Part shown: positions 1-13,500 of the stretch, one piece after another | Position numbering within the stretch: position 1 is the stretch's first letter | Layout: every line of letters starts with the position of its first letter | From: Rhynchobatus australiae | Lineage: Eukaryota | DNA length: 64,000 nucleotides | NCBI GenBank assembly: GCA_034780895.1 | Contig: JAUZTB010000127.1 | Coordinates: 70,867,992-70,931,991 of the forward strand | Direction of reading: 5' to 3' | Notes under the pieces: model-generated | What the model saw: the letters and a program-made list of their open reading frames with translations, nothing else | Told to the model about the DNA's origin: nothing | The model's database searches: none | Translations under genes and position numbers: made by a program

Positions 1-200
1 CCGTTCCGTTCTTTTCCAAATGCAAATAAATCCTGTCCCTCAGAACCACTTTCCCACTACTGATGTTAGACTCACCAGCCCGTAGTTCCCTAGCTTGACC
101 TTCCATCTCTACCTACAAGATTAGCCATCCTCCACTCTTCAGGTACCTCAGAATTCTCTGCCAGAGCCCTAACAATCTCCTCCCTTTCTTCCCACAATGC
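1..200 (-). mobile_element. CR1 LINE ORF2 fragment
   Basis: Reverse strand reads KLGNYGLVSLTS, a decayed PGNYRPVSLTS motif. Confidence 0.7.
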
Positions 201-214
201 ACAGTATTCTTCCA

Positions 215-556
215 GTGCTTGACAGGGTAGACATTAATGTTTCCCCTGTCAAGAACCTGGGGTCACGGTCTCAAAATAAGAATTCAGCCATTCAGAACAG
301 AGGCAAGAAGAGATTTCTTCCCCAGAAGGTGGGAATATTTAGAATTCGCAGCCCAAGAGTGCTGTAGAGGCTTAGTCACTGACTATATTCAAGACAGAGA
401 TCGAAAGGTTTTATTTAGAGATTTGGGGAATTAAGTGATGCAGGGTTCATGGGGGGGAAAGGTGGCACTGAAGTAGAAGTGAACTTGCGCATAATAATCA
501 TTAAATGTGGAGCTGGCACAAAGATTGAGGGGCTACTCCTATATCTATTCTTATGG
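215..556 (+). mobile_element. CR1 LINE 3' end
   Basis: TWGHGLKIRIQPFRTEARRDFF resembles the CR1 ORF2 C-terminus (TRGHSLKI..RPFRTE.RRNFF), followed by a CR1-type tail ending actcct..attcttatg. Confidence 0.75.
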
Positions 557-1775
557 GTAGTTTAACTTANNNNNNNTTTGTTAAGAAAAATGCATGGCTT
601 GCAGAGAGGATTCATGTAAGCAGATTTTAATGGGGTGTGAACATGGTTGTGCTGTCAAATTAACATTTTTGTTATTAAGACATGCTTCTTTTCAAATAAC
701 ACAGTATCCATCCAAAGTAATTGCCCACAACAGATGTTGCTGAGCTACGTAGAGCCTCATGACCAGACCTGATGCTGTTCTCAACATATATTCATATGTC
801 AACAATTTTTGGCAGAATTCCCTGCATAATAAATAGGAGCACTAAAAGGTTACTTTATTTGCCAAGTCTAAGGACAGTGGTGCAATTGTGACAGTCTGAT
901 GCTGTACCTGATTAAGATAAGCTAATTCATCATGAAATGGAGATGATTCCAAGGGCTTTACTTAACTTTCAATTCCCTCCAGTACTTACACCCATTGAGC
1001 CAACAATACTGACATTTAACAAGCTTTTACAGGGGATAGTGAAGGTAAGAAAATGTCTAGGTATTGCCAACAATAATTAAAAGCAAAGTATTAACAATAG
1101 CAGTACTTACCATATACGGCCAATATGAATCTCCCCTTAGTATTTGCTTGTGTAATTTTGTGATCGGGTCCAACTCTACCCGGAAGTAAAATGGTATGAG
1201 AATCATGCTAACTCACACATTGAACTTGCACATATTTTGGGGGGTAAAAATAACTTGAATAGTATTGGTGAATTCCTGGCAAGTAAATTCTCTTATGAAT
1301 GGGACTCTTATTGATGGGTGGTAAATCCCACAGATTCAAGGATTAGGCTTCATGGTTTACCAAATCTAAACAAAACAATTAAGAAAATTCTTACATTTGA
1401 AGTTCTTACATTTGCTTTTGTGCAGCAAAGCAGAGTTTTATGATAAAAAATCTCAGGTTGAAATCATCTGCGACACTGTTGCATGTATTGATATAAATGA
1501 CTATACCACAGACAGATCAAACTTCTGGTTAGACCCCATTGGGGGTACCTCATTCATTTTTGCAGATGAGTTCCCCTCTCCCCCTTCACTCAAGCCTTTT
1601 CCCTTACTCTAGTCTTCCAATCACCCAAGTAAGTGAATGGAGGAAGGAACAGATAGGGTACAAGTTAACCAGTCTGAAGAGAATGTTGACAGCATGTGAT
1701 TACCCCTCCAACACTCTCCTCTCCATCCCAATCCCATCTTTTTAATATGGACTCTCTCCTTCCCAGCATTAAACC

Positions 1776-2190
1776 ATACCATAGAACCATAGAACAATAC
1801 AGCATAATACAGGCCCTTCTGCCCACTGTGTTGTGCCGCCCATCAAACCACACCTCACACCATCTAACCCTTTCCTCCCGCATATCCTTCTATCCCACAC
1901 TCCTCCATATGCCAATCCAACAACCTCTTGAACCTGTCCAACGTATCCGCCTCCACCACCACCCCAGGCAGCACATTCCATGCACCTACCANNNNNNNNN
2001 NNNNNNNNNNNNNNNNNNNNNNNNNNNNNNNNNNNNNNNNNNNNNNNNNNNNNNNNNNNNNNNNNNNNNNNNNNNNNNNNNNNNNNNNNNNTCTATCCCT
2101 CTCAACATTTTATACACCTCTATCATGTCTCCCCTCATCCTCCTCCTCTCCAGTGAGAAAAGCCCTAAAACATTTCACTTACTCATTCCA
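1776..2190 (-). mobile_element. CR1 LINE 3' end (contains a gap)
   Basis: Starts with the ccatagaaccatagaacaatacagc tail repeat and aggcccttctgccca, typical of reverse-oriented elasmobranch CR1 3' ends. Confidence 0.7.
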
Positions 2191-2823
2191 TGAATGAGGC
2201 CTGCTTTAAATCACCACATACTGGTTTTTATTCCAGTGTTCTGAATATTCATCTCACATGATACCAAATAGAATCTCATTAAAGTTCAGCATCTATCAAC
2301 ACAACTGCTGCCAAAAACAATCCTGTTTTATCTCAGTTTGCTGGAATACATATGGGGGAAAACTCAGCTACAATTGAATGAAATTCTGGTTTGAAAAATA
2401 TGGTTGAGAAGAAGATGGAAAATTTGGCAGCCATCTTGTTGATCTCACTAAGTGACCTTACAGCTAGGAACAAATTCCCACCACAACATGAAAGTGAAGG
2501 ATATTATGAACAAGAAATTAAACCAGGGATGGATTTGCAAAACATAATTGACAGTCAACTTTTTTGGAAGAATTATTGAAAAGCTAATTTGAAGAGTCAA
2601 AGCTCACGGTGCTGTTAATGGCAAAGTCTGCAAAGGATAGTTTACAAAAGGAGACAAATCAGACCTAAGCTGGCAATAAACTTCAGCTCTAGAAGCCTAA
2701 AAGTATTGGGAGGGGGAAGGGTGGATGGAAGTAACAATTCTATGGATTTACTGTTTGTAAAACTTTAATCTTAACTAACTCAGAGCAGGAATATTTTATT
2801 CAATTGTAAATTTGTGAATCTCA

Positions 2824-3577
2824 TGTTACAGATTAGGTTACTATTGGTGAATGTCCCTTTAAGACATAGCACAGTAGTGTGTGTGTGTGTGTGTGTGTGT
2901 GTGTTTCTGTGTGTGTGTTGGGGGGCGTGATTATGACAACAACAGGAGCCAAGGACGTGCTGACATTTTTTTGGAGCAGTCAGTCAGAGGAGAGGGAGGG
3001 GGAGATACCTGCTTGCTGGTGTCTGTATCGGATGAAAAAAAATAACTGTGTCTGTCACTACAATCCACGTATGGATTTTTGGAATAATCCAGTGAAGTCC
3101 ACTTTGTTGTTAACCTGTAGAAGGAAACAGGTATTTGTGTGGACGCCCACATCTCGAATGCCTTTCGGGGTGGCAGATACTTCTGGACAAAGGAATGGAG
3201 ATCAGTGATTGAGGTGTCGTATGAGTTCTATCGTGGAACAATCAGATTTCGTAATTACTCTCTATTTTCTCTCTACATTTCCTCTTCAGTCAACGGTGGT
3301 TTTGCAGAAGCCTTTGCTCATGTTTCACCTTACGGCTTGCNNNNNNNNNNNNNNNNNNNNNNNNNNNNNNNNNNNNNNNNNNNNNNNNNNNNNNNNNNNN
3401 NNNNNNNNNNNNNNNNNNNNNNNNNNNNNNNNNNNNNNNNTTTAGTTTTTGGGGTTAATGTTTAAGATCTAACATTTTTACTTTTATTTTTCTTATTATC
3501 ATAAGTAGTTATTAATAAAATAGTTTTTAAAACTGAATCATGACTCAGTGTGTTTCTTTTGTTGCTGGTACGTGACA
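2824..3577 (+). mobile_element. Probable solo LTR (Gypsy-like)
   Basis: Begins TGTTAC and ends CGTGACA (TG..CA with a near-perfect terminal inverted repeat); AATAAA at about 3514 before the end; about 750 bp including a 100-N gap. No clear TSD. Confidence 0.55.
2877..2918 (+). repeat. (GT)n microsatellite
   Basis: Directly visible GT run with one interruption. Confidence 0.95.
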
Positions 3578-3903
3578 AAATATTCCAAAAATCCATACTA
3601 TTTAACAACAACTGTACTATGTCTTAAAGGTACATTCACCAATAGTAACCTAATCTGTTACACTCATTCTTGCAACACAGAAGGGAGAAAATTACTGATT
3701 GAAATATTAATGTAGGAACAAAACATTTTCTGATCTCTTTAATAATGAAGACAGTAATTATTTCTTTTGAATTGGTTAGCATCTCCAAACAGCAAATGAA
3801 AATTGGCATATGATTACAAACGGAAGCTTCATGGTCTATGGGGTCAGCTTTAAGTCCCAGATAGAAGGGTGCCATAAACAGCCACCAACTGATCACCAAA
3901 CAA

Positions 3904-4570
3904 ATCAAGTCGAGTTCATTGTCATGTGCACAATCACAGGCATGTAGGTACAGATGACACACAGAAAATAAATTATACATAAGTTATACAGGACAGTGAA
4001 GGGAGAGAGAAAAAAAACTGCAAAATCAAGACATGACTGCAAAACAATGACACAATCCAAGGCAAGTCCATAGTAGTACAAGAGGTGACCATAGTGTTCC
4101 ATTGCTGAGATAGGATTAGGTTTGTTCAGGTCGGTTCAAGGACCTGATTATTGTAGGAAAGTAGTTGTTCCTGAACCTGGTGGTGTAAGACTTTGGGCTT
4201 CTGTACCTCCTGCCTGATAGTAGCATCAAGAAGAGTGTCTGACCCAGATGGTGGGGATTCTTAATGATAGATGCCACCTTTTTGAGGCAGTGCATCCTGT
4301 AGATGCTGTCAATGGTGGGGAAGGCTGTGCCCTTGATGCACCAGGCTGTGCCCATTGCTCTCTGTAGCCTCTTGTGTTCCTGTGCATTGGAATTGTCGTA
4401 CCAGGCCATAATGTAACTAGCCATGATACTTTCAACAGTGCATCTGTAGAAGTTTTTTTTTAAAAGAGTATTTAGTGACATGCCAAATCTCCTCAAGCTT
4501 CTAAGAAAGTAGACATCCTGGGCTCATCTACGTGCTGGGCCCAGGACAGGTCATCCGAGATGTTAATGTC
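3904..4570 (-). mobile_element. Rex1/Babar-type LINE 3' portion
   Basis: ORF 4116-4496(-) reads RRFGMS..L.NFYRCTVESI....I.AWY..KRLQR...PHHLG..LF.LL.SGRRYRS....TTRFRN.YFP.IIR.LN, the characteristic C-terminus (DUF1891 region); gacaat..actcgacttga tail. Confidence 0.85.
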
Positions 4571-5739
4571 CCAGAACAGCCAGCTAGACTCCGTTGACAC
4601 AAATTTTTATTTTAATTCCTTAATGTGAGTTCAGGTCAGCTTCATCCATTGCTCACACAAACTGATCAATTACCTAGATCACGAGGGGCTTATTTTCTCA
4701 AGTGATATGTGATCACGTGATAACATGACATTGTGATTGTAACTAAGGCCTTTGGGACATTAAATTCAGGCATTCCTTTTTCAGGTATAAGCATCAACTG
4801 CGACTGAATAATGACATCACAGGCCCTGGACTTTATTTCAATGGAGCCAGCAAAGCTGGAAGCACCTGCTTGACAAGGAAGAATGATAACAGTGATGCTT
4901 TCACATGTACTCCTCCTGGCCAATAAGGAATGTTTAGGATTTCCTTGCCTCAGACGTCACCATCACGGTCATGAAACCATCTTTAATCCCTCTCCACAAC
5001 CTAAATCAGGAAACCATCTCTGTGGAACTCCCACTAACATCAAGCTGCATGTTATTTCATTCCCTTCAGTTCAGTTTCCCATTGGGTTCAGCAAGATGCT
5101 GAGTAGGGGGTACGAAGATGAACTTTAGGAGTGAAAGTTAATAATGGTTACCAAACTCTGGCCTAAGTTAATATCAGGACATATGTCTCATTCATCGGTT
5201 TTGATCTTCTGAACTACATCTGACACAAACAAATTCCATCAGTACAGTGTGATAGATAATAGTTGACATTAAAAAAGTATTTAATTTTAAATCAGTGCAG
5301 GTCTCTTGTATAAAAAGAATAAGTGGAACTTTCTCTAATTTTGTTGTGCTCAGAGAGGGGATCTCTTGTTTAAATAGCTCAAGATAATAGTGTAACAACA
5401 TTTTTCTCAGAACATTTCAGTTATTATTTTGTTCCCACATACACATACTCTGATCATTACTAGAACATCTTTGGGGTTGAAAAATGTAAATGAGAAACCC
5501 ATAGGTATGAAGAAAGAGGAAATCAAAAGAACAGATTGAAGAACCTTACATGCATCTCGATTTGTAAGCACATAGAGAATAAAACCGAACAGACGTGTTT
5601 CCCCAATAAATTGTTCTATTATTTGCTAAAAGAGTTAACTTATGACAACAGATTGCATAAACTAAAGAAGCATTTCTTTGAGTATAGAAGCAAAGGGGGG
5701 TCTAATTGGAGTATTCATGATAATTAAAGATGAAAAGAT

Positions 5740-6270
5740 TAACTACAGAGAGAGAGAAACAATTTCCTCTAGTGGACCAGGTGCTGCACTTCCAAAAATA
5801 GCAATAGCTCAGTTCAAGGCCACCATCTGAAAATACAATGTCATTGGAAATCTGGAATGTTTTCCCAAAAAGCTACTGAGGCTAGGTCAGTTAAAAAATN
5901 NNNNNNNNNNNNNNNNNNNNNNNCACTTCACCCAACTCTTTCCTGTCTATCAATAATGTCCATTCAAGGTTCAAATCAGAGGCCAGTGAGCACAATATTG
6001 GAATCACACTAGTTACTGAAGGAGATACAGTGCTCCTTTTGTGAATAAATTTGTTCCCTTTCAGAATGTAAAGCCTACGGCAAAAGCTGTTGAGGATACG
6101 TCAATTAAAAATTTCAGAACCGTGACTGATTGATTTTTGTTAGACAAGGGATTAAAGTGATGGAACAAAGTAGGGATATTTGAATAGAGATACAAAATGT
6201 ACATGCTCTAATTGAACAGCAGAACAAGCTCAAAAAGTTGAATGTCTTACCCCTGTTCCTATGATTCTAT
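5740..6270 (+). mobile_element. CR1 LINE 3' end fragments
   Basis: gatttttgttagacaagggattaaag... ending cctgttcctatgattctatg, a CR1 3' tail pattern. Confidence 0.6.
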
Positions 6271-7609
6271 GCTGTAATACATCCATTACAAAAATATGTG
6301 CTAAAAATATTTTTACATGGAAATTTGTCTAGACCCAATGTGACATGAAAGCCATTAGTATCTCCATTTCTATGATTTTAATTCTTAATACTGACAGTAC
6401 CAGACTATGGAATAATGACAAGGACCTCTGGGGTGAAGTATATCTGACAATTTCCATGAGAACAAGCTGCAGGCAACATGACAAAACCCTAATGAAGCAT
6501 CCCAAATTAAACTGAAAAGAAATACATTTTGAACATTGACAGCCTAATCTTTGCAGTTTGGATGTTATGCTTTGCATTTGCTGATTGTGAATATACTGTT
6601 AAGTGCAGTGACTCTAAGAAGTGAATGCAAAAACAGATAGAAATGAAATCACTATTATCTCCACTCAATTTTTTTTATTGGGCTGACACTATTCATAAGT
6701 TACCTGGAGGAAAATACGTACTGCAGTGTGATATTTGTAACTTATGGTGGGAAGTTATAAGGATAGGTAGCAATGTAAAAGAGATAAACAGCATTCAATT
6801 TATATCCTGGAATAATTAAACAATTGGGAAGTTGCATTTTAATGTAGATAAATATAATGTACTGGAATAGCAAATTATGAAGGATTCCTGTTTTGGGATG
6901 AAACAGTATTCACTGGGCATATAAACATGAATATTAACCACAAGTATTTTTTCAGTTTAGAGCTGTTCTCTTTGGAGAGCATTTTGCGTCAGGCATGTCA
7001 AGGTCTTGTCAGTATCTTATTAGGGTTTACAGTGTCTGTAACACTTATTCTTATTCAATCTCAGGTCCATGACTGTCAGCTGTGTAATTCTACCTAGAGC
7101 ACCAGACAACCTCCAGACCATTCCGTTCTGGTGATGGCACAAGATCAAGATGGACATAAACAACGAGACAGGTAGAGTGAATGAATATTAGTACTTCAAG
7201 AATTATTAATTGGTAAATAAATAACAACTGGACAATCGATACAGCAATCTTTTACGTACCACAGATTAAGAATTAAAAACTATCAAAAGAACAGTAATGA
7301 TTAAAGAATTTTGGTATTACAAACAAAGTGTACTGTGTGACAAACTAATTCTAGCTGATAAACTTAGTTGGTATAGAGACAACTCCTGATACAGCCCACG
7401 TTTTAAAGAAATATCATAATAAATGAATTGCATGATAAAGAACTGTTAATTGTTCACACTCACTCATAAAAGAGAATCAACTAGTAAATGATTCTGACCA
7501 ATAAAGAACTGCCAGCCAATAAAGGGATTATAACAGAAATAACAGTAATACATTCTAATAGATCTAATAACAAACAAACAAACAAATAATCACCAAAGGT
7601 AAATGGCCA

Positions 7610-10520
7610 AAAGAATACTGATCCATCCAGCCTGTCCTATACCAATATTAGTCAAATATTAACCATTGGTAATATATTCACTCTCTGCCCTACCCAAATC
7701 ATGTGGTTGCCTGAGAAGCAAAGCAATATATAAAATCCAAATCAATGCTGGGATTTTATTTGTTATTTTGGGGAGGAATTGAGAAAATTACTCTTCAAAA
7801 CCCACCCTCCCACCATCATTATCACCAATTGATTGAAACTAATGCAGGAGAACACTGTGCAGCTGATAACTCCTTCCAGCACTGAACATTGATGAGTTAT
7901 CTCCAAACCGACCATGCTCTTGCTTGAAGGAATGCAGCAAATTATCTTCCATTACTTGAGCAATTAATTTATTCAAGAGGTCCCTTATCTTCTGGGAACA
8001 GAAATGTCTTCTGATATCTAACCCAAATTTGGATTACACAGAATACATAGCAGAGAAACGGGCCCCTTTTCCTCGTGTAAACGCATCAGCATAACCCTTT
8101 AGTCCATTCTCCATCATATGCTTGTTCAGCTTTTCCTTACATCCATCTACTTTATTTGTCCAACTACTTTCTGCAGTAATACCACATTCTCACCACTCTT
8201 TAAGGTAAGATAAGATATCTTTATTAGTCACATGTACATCGAAACACACAGTGAAATGCATCTCTTTGCGTAGAGTATTCTGTGGGCAGCCTGCAAGTGT
8301 TTGGATTAACTGATTACTATCAGTTCCATCCTTGAGAAATAAATCCTAGTGCTTTGTTTTTATTACAAGCCTGCTGACCTGTGGCACAACTTTTAGTGAT
8401 TGATGTATTTGTTCCTCAAGTTCCCTTTTGCTCCTCTCTTCCACCCAGACTTGTAGCTTTCAAGTTATCTCCCTATTCTTCCTACCAAAAAGTATTAACT
8501 TGCATTTATTTGCATTGAACTTCATTTGCAATTATTTGCCTGTTATGCAAGTTTATTAATGCCCTCCTATTATTTTGTTGCTTATCTCTTCAGTATTGAC
8601 TATTTCACAGCCCCAGCCACACCAACACCCCTATCCCAATTTGGCATCAATTTCAAATTTAGAAATTATGTTTTTAATCTCTAGGTCTAAACCTTTAATG
8701 TAATTTGAGAACGGCAGCAGTCTAGCAGCTGATCCTTACAGAATACCACCTCCACTGTGAACACCTTCCTCTTTCTGCTTTATTCTTGAAGCCAGCTACC
8801 ATTTTATTCTGTTACTTGTCACTGACTCTGGATCTTCTGACATTCATTAGTATTATGGAGCACCTTATCAATAACAATTTGAAAATTGAGATATATTACA
8901 TTTGTTCTTTGATCATTGTCGATTCTCTCTGTTATCTATTCAAAAATTCAATAATGCTGGTCAAGTGTGATTATTCCTTTTGAAATAGCTGACAATTTTT
9001 CTTTATACCTTTTGTTTCCAAATGTTCTTCTATTCTCTTCTTTAATCAGGTTGCCAACCATCAATGNNNNNNNNNNNNNNNNNNNNNNNNNNNNNNNNNN
9101 NNNNNNNNNNNNNNNNNNNNNNNNNNNNNNNNNNNNNNNNNNNNNNNNNNNNNNNNNNNNNNNNNNNNNNNNNNNNNNNNNNNNNNNNNNNNNNNNNNNN
9201 NNNNNNNNNNNNNNNNNNNNNNNNNNNNNNNNNNNNNNNNNNNNNNNNNNNNNNNNNNNNNNNNNNNNNNNNNNNNNNNNNNNNNNNNNNNNNNNNNNNN
9301 NNNNNNNNNNNNNNNNNNNNNNNNNNNNNNNNNNNNNNNNNNNNNNNNNNNNNNNNNNNNNNNNNNNNNNNNNNNNNNNNNNNNNNNNNNNNNNNNNNNN
9401 NNNNNNNNNNNNNNNNNNNNNNNNNNNNNNNNNNNNNNNNNNNNNNNNNNNNNNNNNNNNNNNNNNNNNNNNNNNNNNNNNNNNNNNNNNNNNNNNNNNN
9501 NNNNNNNNNNNNNNNNNNNNNNNNNNNNNNNNNNNNNNNNNNNNNNNNNNNNNNNNNNNNNNNNNNNNNNNNNNNNNNNNNNNNNNNNNNNNNNNNNNNN
9601 NNNNNNNNNNNNNNNNNNNNNNNNNNNNNNNNNNNNNNNNNNNNNNNNNNNNNNNNNNNNNNNNNNNNNNNNNNNNNNNNNNNNNNNNNNNNNNNNNNNN
9701 NNNNNNNNNNNNNNNNNNNNNNNNNNNNNNNNNNNNNNNNNNNNNNNNNNNNNNNNNNNNNNNNNNNNNNNNNNNNNNNNNNNNNNNNNNNNNNNNNNNN
9801 NNNNNNNNNNNNNNNNNNNNNNNNNNNNNNNNNNNNNNNNNNNNNNNNNNNNNNNNNNNNNNNNNNNNNNNNNNNNNNNNNNNNNNNNNNNNNNNNNNNN
9901 NNNNNNNNNNNNNNNNNNNNNNNNNNNNNNNNNNNNNNNNNNNNNNNNNNNNNNNNNNNNNNNNNNNNNNNNNNNNNNNNNNNNNNNNNNNNNNNNNNNN
10001 NNNNNNNNNNNNNNNNNNNNNNNNNNNNNNNNNNNNNNNNNNNNNNNNNNNNNNNNNNNNNNNNNNCTCTACCTACAGGAGTTAGGATGCCCAACAAACT
10101 ACCCAGAGATGGCCATATATATGTGGACCTCCCATGTTTCTCTCTTGAATGGGCAAAGCAAGGCTATTTTACCTTGCATAAAGCATAGCAGAGAATTATT
10201 TTTGGACTATCCAGTGTCCCTCTGTCCTATGTCCTTGAATTATAGATGCTTTTATTTCAGTTGATAATTGGAGTTCCTTCAAGACCTCTCATTGGTAGTC
10301 AGCTGAACCTACTATTTCTTCTACAGCGTGATCTCCCATAACTATCTGTTTATCTCTATACACACTACCCTGTTGTATACAATTCTGCTTTCTCCATCTC
10401 ACTTTTTATTGCAAAAATATTTTTGAGCTACCAATTTACTATTGACCATTTCTAATGATCCACCTTTGATTTCCTTGTCCTCAGCAAAGCTTTTAATCTA
10501 CTTCAACTGGGTTGATCCCC
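7610..10520 (-). mobile_element. Decayed CR1 LINE (3' end to RT), with nested insertions and a 1-kb gap
   Basis: Reverse strand of 8480-8750 gives decayed GVPQGSVLGPLLF..IN.LD..SKF.DD.KLG..WQMKFNA.KCK motifs; CR1-like sequence continues past the gap. Confidence 0.7.
8202..8300 (-). mobile_element. Younger LINE/SINE 3' tail nested in CR1
   Basis: Reverse complement reads ...catttcactgtgtgtttcgatgtacatgtgactAATAAAgatatcttatcttacctt, a polyA signal plus short repeat tail of Rex1/Babar style. Confidence 0.55.
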
Positions 10521-13500
10521 ACCTGTGGCTTCCTCAAGTGCATTCAGTATTCAGGCAGTATTGCTTCGCCCATGCATCACCAGACCTTAAGGGCAAGGCT
10601 CACATTTCTGTGTTGTACATCATACCCTGAAGCAAAAAGATGCCTCAGTTTCTTCTGTACACCACCAACTAAACCCCTCTACTCTGCCGCTTCCACCCTC
10701 ACNNNNNNNNNNNNNNNNNNNNNNNNNNNNNNNNNNNNNNNNNNNNNNNNNNNNNNNNNNNNNNNNNNNNNNNNNNNNNNNNNNNNNNNNNNNNNNNNNN
10801 NNCTTCCACCCTCACATCCAACATCAAGTACAAAAGTGTATGGATTATTTTGTCAGTGAGATGGAGGTAAATGGTTCAGCCACACTTTTATCACATTGTA
10901 GACAGAGAAAAACCACTCCACAAGCTTCTCCCGCTCTAGCTCTAAACCTGCATATTTCCCTTTTTTGTCCTTTGTCCATGGGATCAGCCTTCTTCTCTCA
11001 TGATCCTATTTCTAGTAAACTGCTGTAATTCTTACACTTAAATAGTCAGAAGACTAAAAGTCTCATCTACTGTCAAGATACCTTGCGATTGACTCTACAA
11101 ACTCCCATGCCACTCCCTCTACTTCAGTCAGGGGGTTTTTAAACCTCAGAATCACTTTTGGTTAAGCTTCCAACCCTATGTATTGTCAGAATGGCATTAA
11201 GTTAACACATTAAGTATGAAAGGCTGTAACTGAAGCCTCCGAAAGAAGATCTATCCTATTCCAGGCTCTGTTTGATAACTGATCAATCAACCTGACTCAT
11301 TAGTGGAATTTGGACAGAGTAAAAGAGATTTTTCCATTCTGCTGCCATTAATACAATAATAAATATGGTGATAGGTTAATACCAGGACTTTGATTCTGGT
11401 TAGATGCATATCACCATACCATGTCATTCTTGGCTCTGCCCACCAGGACCTAAACTCACCAGACTTAACTTCATTTTGGTGATCAGACCTATTGAACCTC
11501 CAAAACATTAGAGTTGTAAGGCAAAGAAAAATTCATCCATGAATTTTCAAAGCTACAGTATTTCTGAATGTGTTTATTCATTGTTTATGACTAAATTTTA
11601 CTTAAATACAATAATGTAATGGGCAGCTGCTTGATACAGAAACACAGATATGTGTGGTAACAGTCCTGGTAGATACACCAACCCAATATCAACTCTTGGA
11701 ATCTTACCACATGATGCTTAATAACTGATACAAGACATCGAATCATGCAGCTGACAAAACTCTGAAAACATTTAGATGTAACACTTCATTCAAGACAAGA
11801 CATGCGTCAGGCACACCTTTGCCATTTATCTTCCCTCAAAATTAATTGCAAAAATTCTCTGAAAGCCAAGTTGATGGAATATAAAACTGAAGTGTGTTAG
11901 ACTAATGACCTTGGGTTGCATTAAGTTAATTCACAAAGTTTTGCAAGCAATGACTTCCTCATCCATTCATGTCATTAACTTAGCAATTCAGATATAACTT
12001 ACATTGTCAAATTTTGCAAGCCTTGTTACTTAAATCACAGCAAAAACAATGTATTGGTTTCTGAAAAGCTTATTCTCAAATGTGTACAAGGTTTATAGGC
12101 CTGTATTGAAAGAGTATGGGAAGCAGTGACTTGAGTCAAAAATGCTGAAGTCTTAACTGTAGTTAATCATTCCGCATTGATTGCTATAAATTAACAAATT
12201 AAAATGTAGTGATGTATTTGGCTTTTAATCAATCAGAATCTGCCAAAAGATGCATTATGATGGTGCAATATTTCAATGGGTGAAATGAAATTTGATTAAG
12301 TATTCCCAGCAGTGATTGTTCTGTCTATTTCTGCTGATTAAGTTCTTCAGTCCTGAGAACATTTTAACTTTAAAAATGTTGTTGATCTCTCCTGGGAAAA
12401 CAAAGAACAGGCCTCTCACCTCAGTAGGGCAAGACAGAGATCATGTATTCTCCATCATAAAGTCCGCATCCCCCCCCCCCANNNNNNNNNNNNNNNNNNN
12501 NNNNNNNNNNNNNNNNNNNNNNNNNNNNNNNNNNNNNNNNNNNNNNNNNNNNNNNNNNNNNNNNNNNNNNNNNNNNNNNNNNNNNNNNNNNNNNNNNNNN
12601 NNNNNNNNNNNNNNNNNNNNNNNNNNNNNNNNNNNNNNNNNNNNNNNNNNNNNNNNNNNNNNNNNNNNNNNNNNNNNNNNNNNNNNNNNNNNNNNNNNNN
12701 NNNNNNNNNNNNNNNNNNNNNNNNNNNNNNNNNNNNNNNNNNNNNNNNNNNNNNNNNNNNNNNNNNNNNNNNNNNNNNNNNNNNNNNNNNNNNNNNNNNN
12801 NNNNNNNNNNNNNNNNNNNNNNNNNNNNNNNNNNNNNNNNNNNNNNNNNNNNNNNNNNNNNNNNNNNNNNNNNNNNNNNNNNNNNNNNNNNNNNNNNNNN
12901 NNNNNNNNNNNNNNNNNNNNNNNNNNNNNNNNNNNNNNNNNNNNNNNNNNNNNNNNNNNNNNNNNNNNNNNNNNNNNNNNNNNNNNNNNNNNNNNNNNNN
13001 NNNNNNNNNNNNNNNNNNNNNNNNNNNNNNNNNNNNNNNNNNNNNNNNNNNNNNNNNNNNNNNNNNNNNNNNNNNNNNNNNNNNNACAGAAGTGCAGAGT
13101 TGAGTTTACAGTCAGATTAGCCATGATCTTATTAAATGACAGAGCAATCTCAACAGGCTGAGTGGCCTTTTCCTGCGCCCAATTCATACCTTTATATGTA
13201 TATTTTAACTTCTATCATATATGTTGTAATCTTTATTCAACACTCTGTATAATATTTAAAATATTAATTGATTATTATGTTTTCTCTTACACATGTTCTC
13301 TGTAAGAGTTTTCATGCTACTCAGCCAATTTAGTAGTGTTAAACTTGTTGTGTACCAGAACTGTTGCCTCACCACAGACTGCGAGATTTTTGTGGGTGAT
13401 TTTCATCAAGGGCAGTGAAAAGGGAAGTGCTTTACCATAGATTGCAAATTCTTGACCAATGAAATTTATGCTTTTGCAATGCCAATCAACATCTCCAAGC

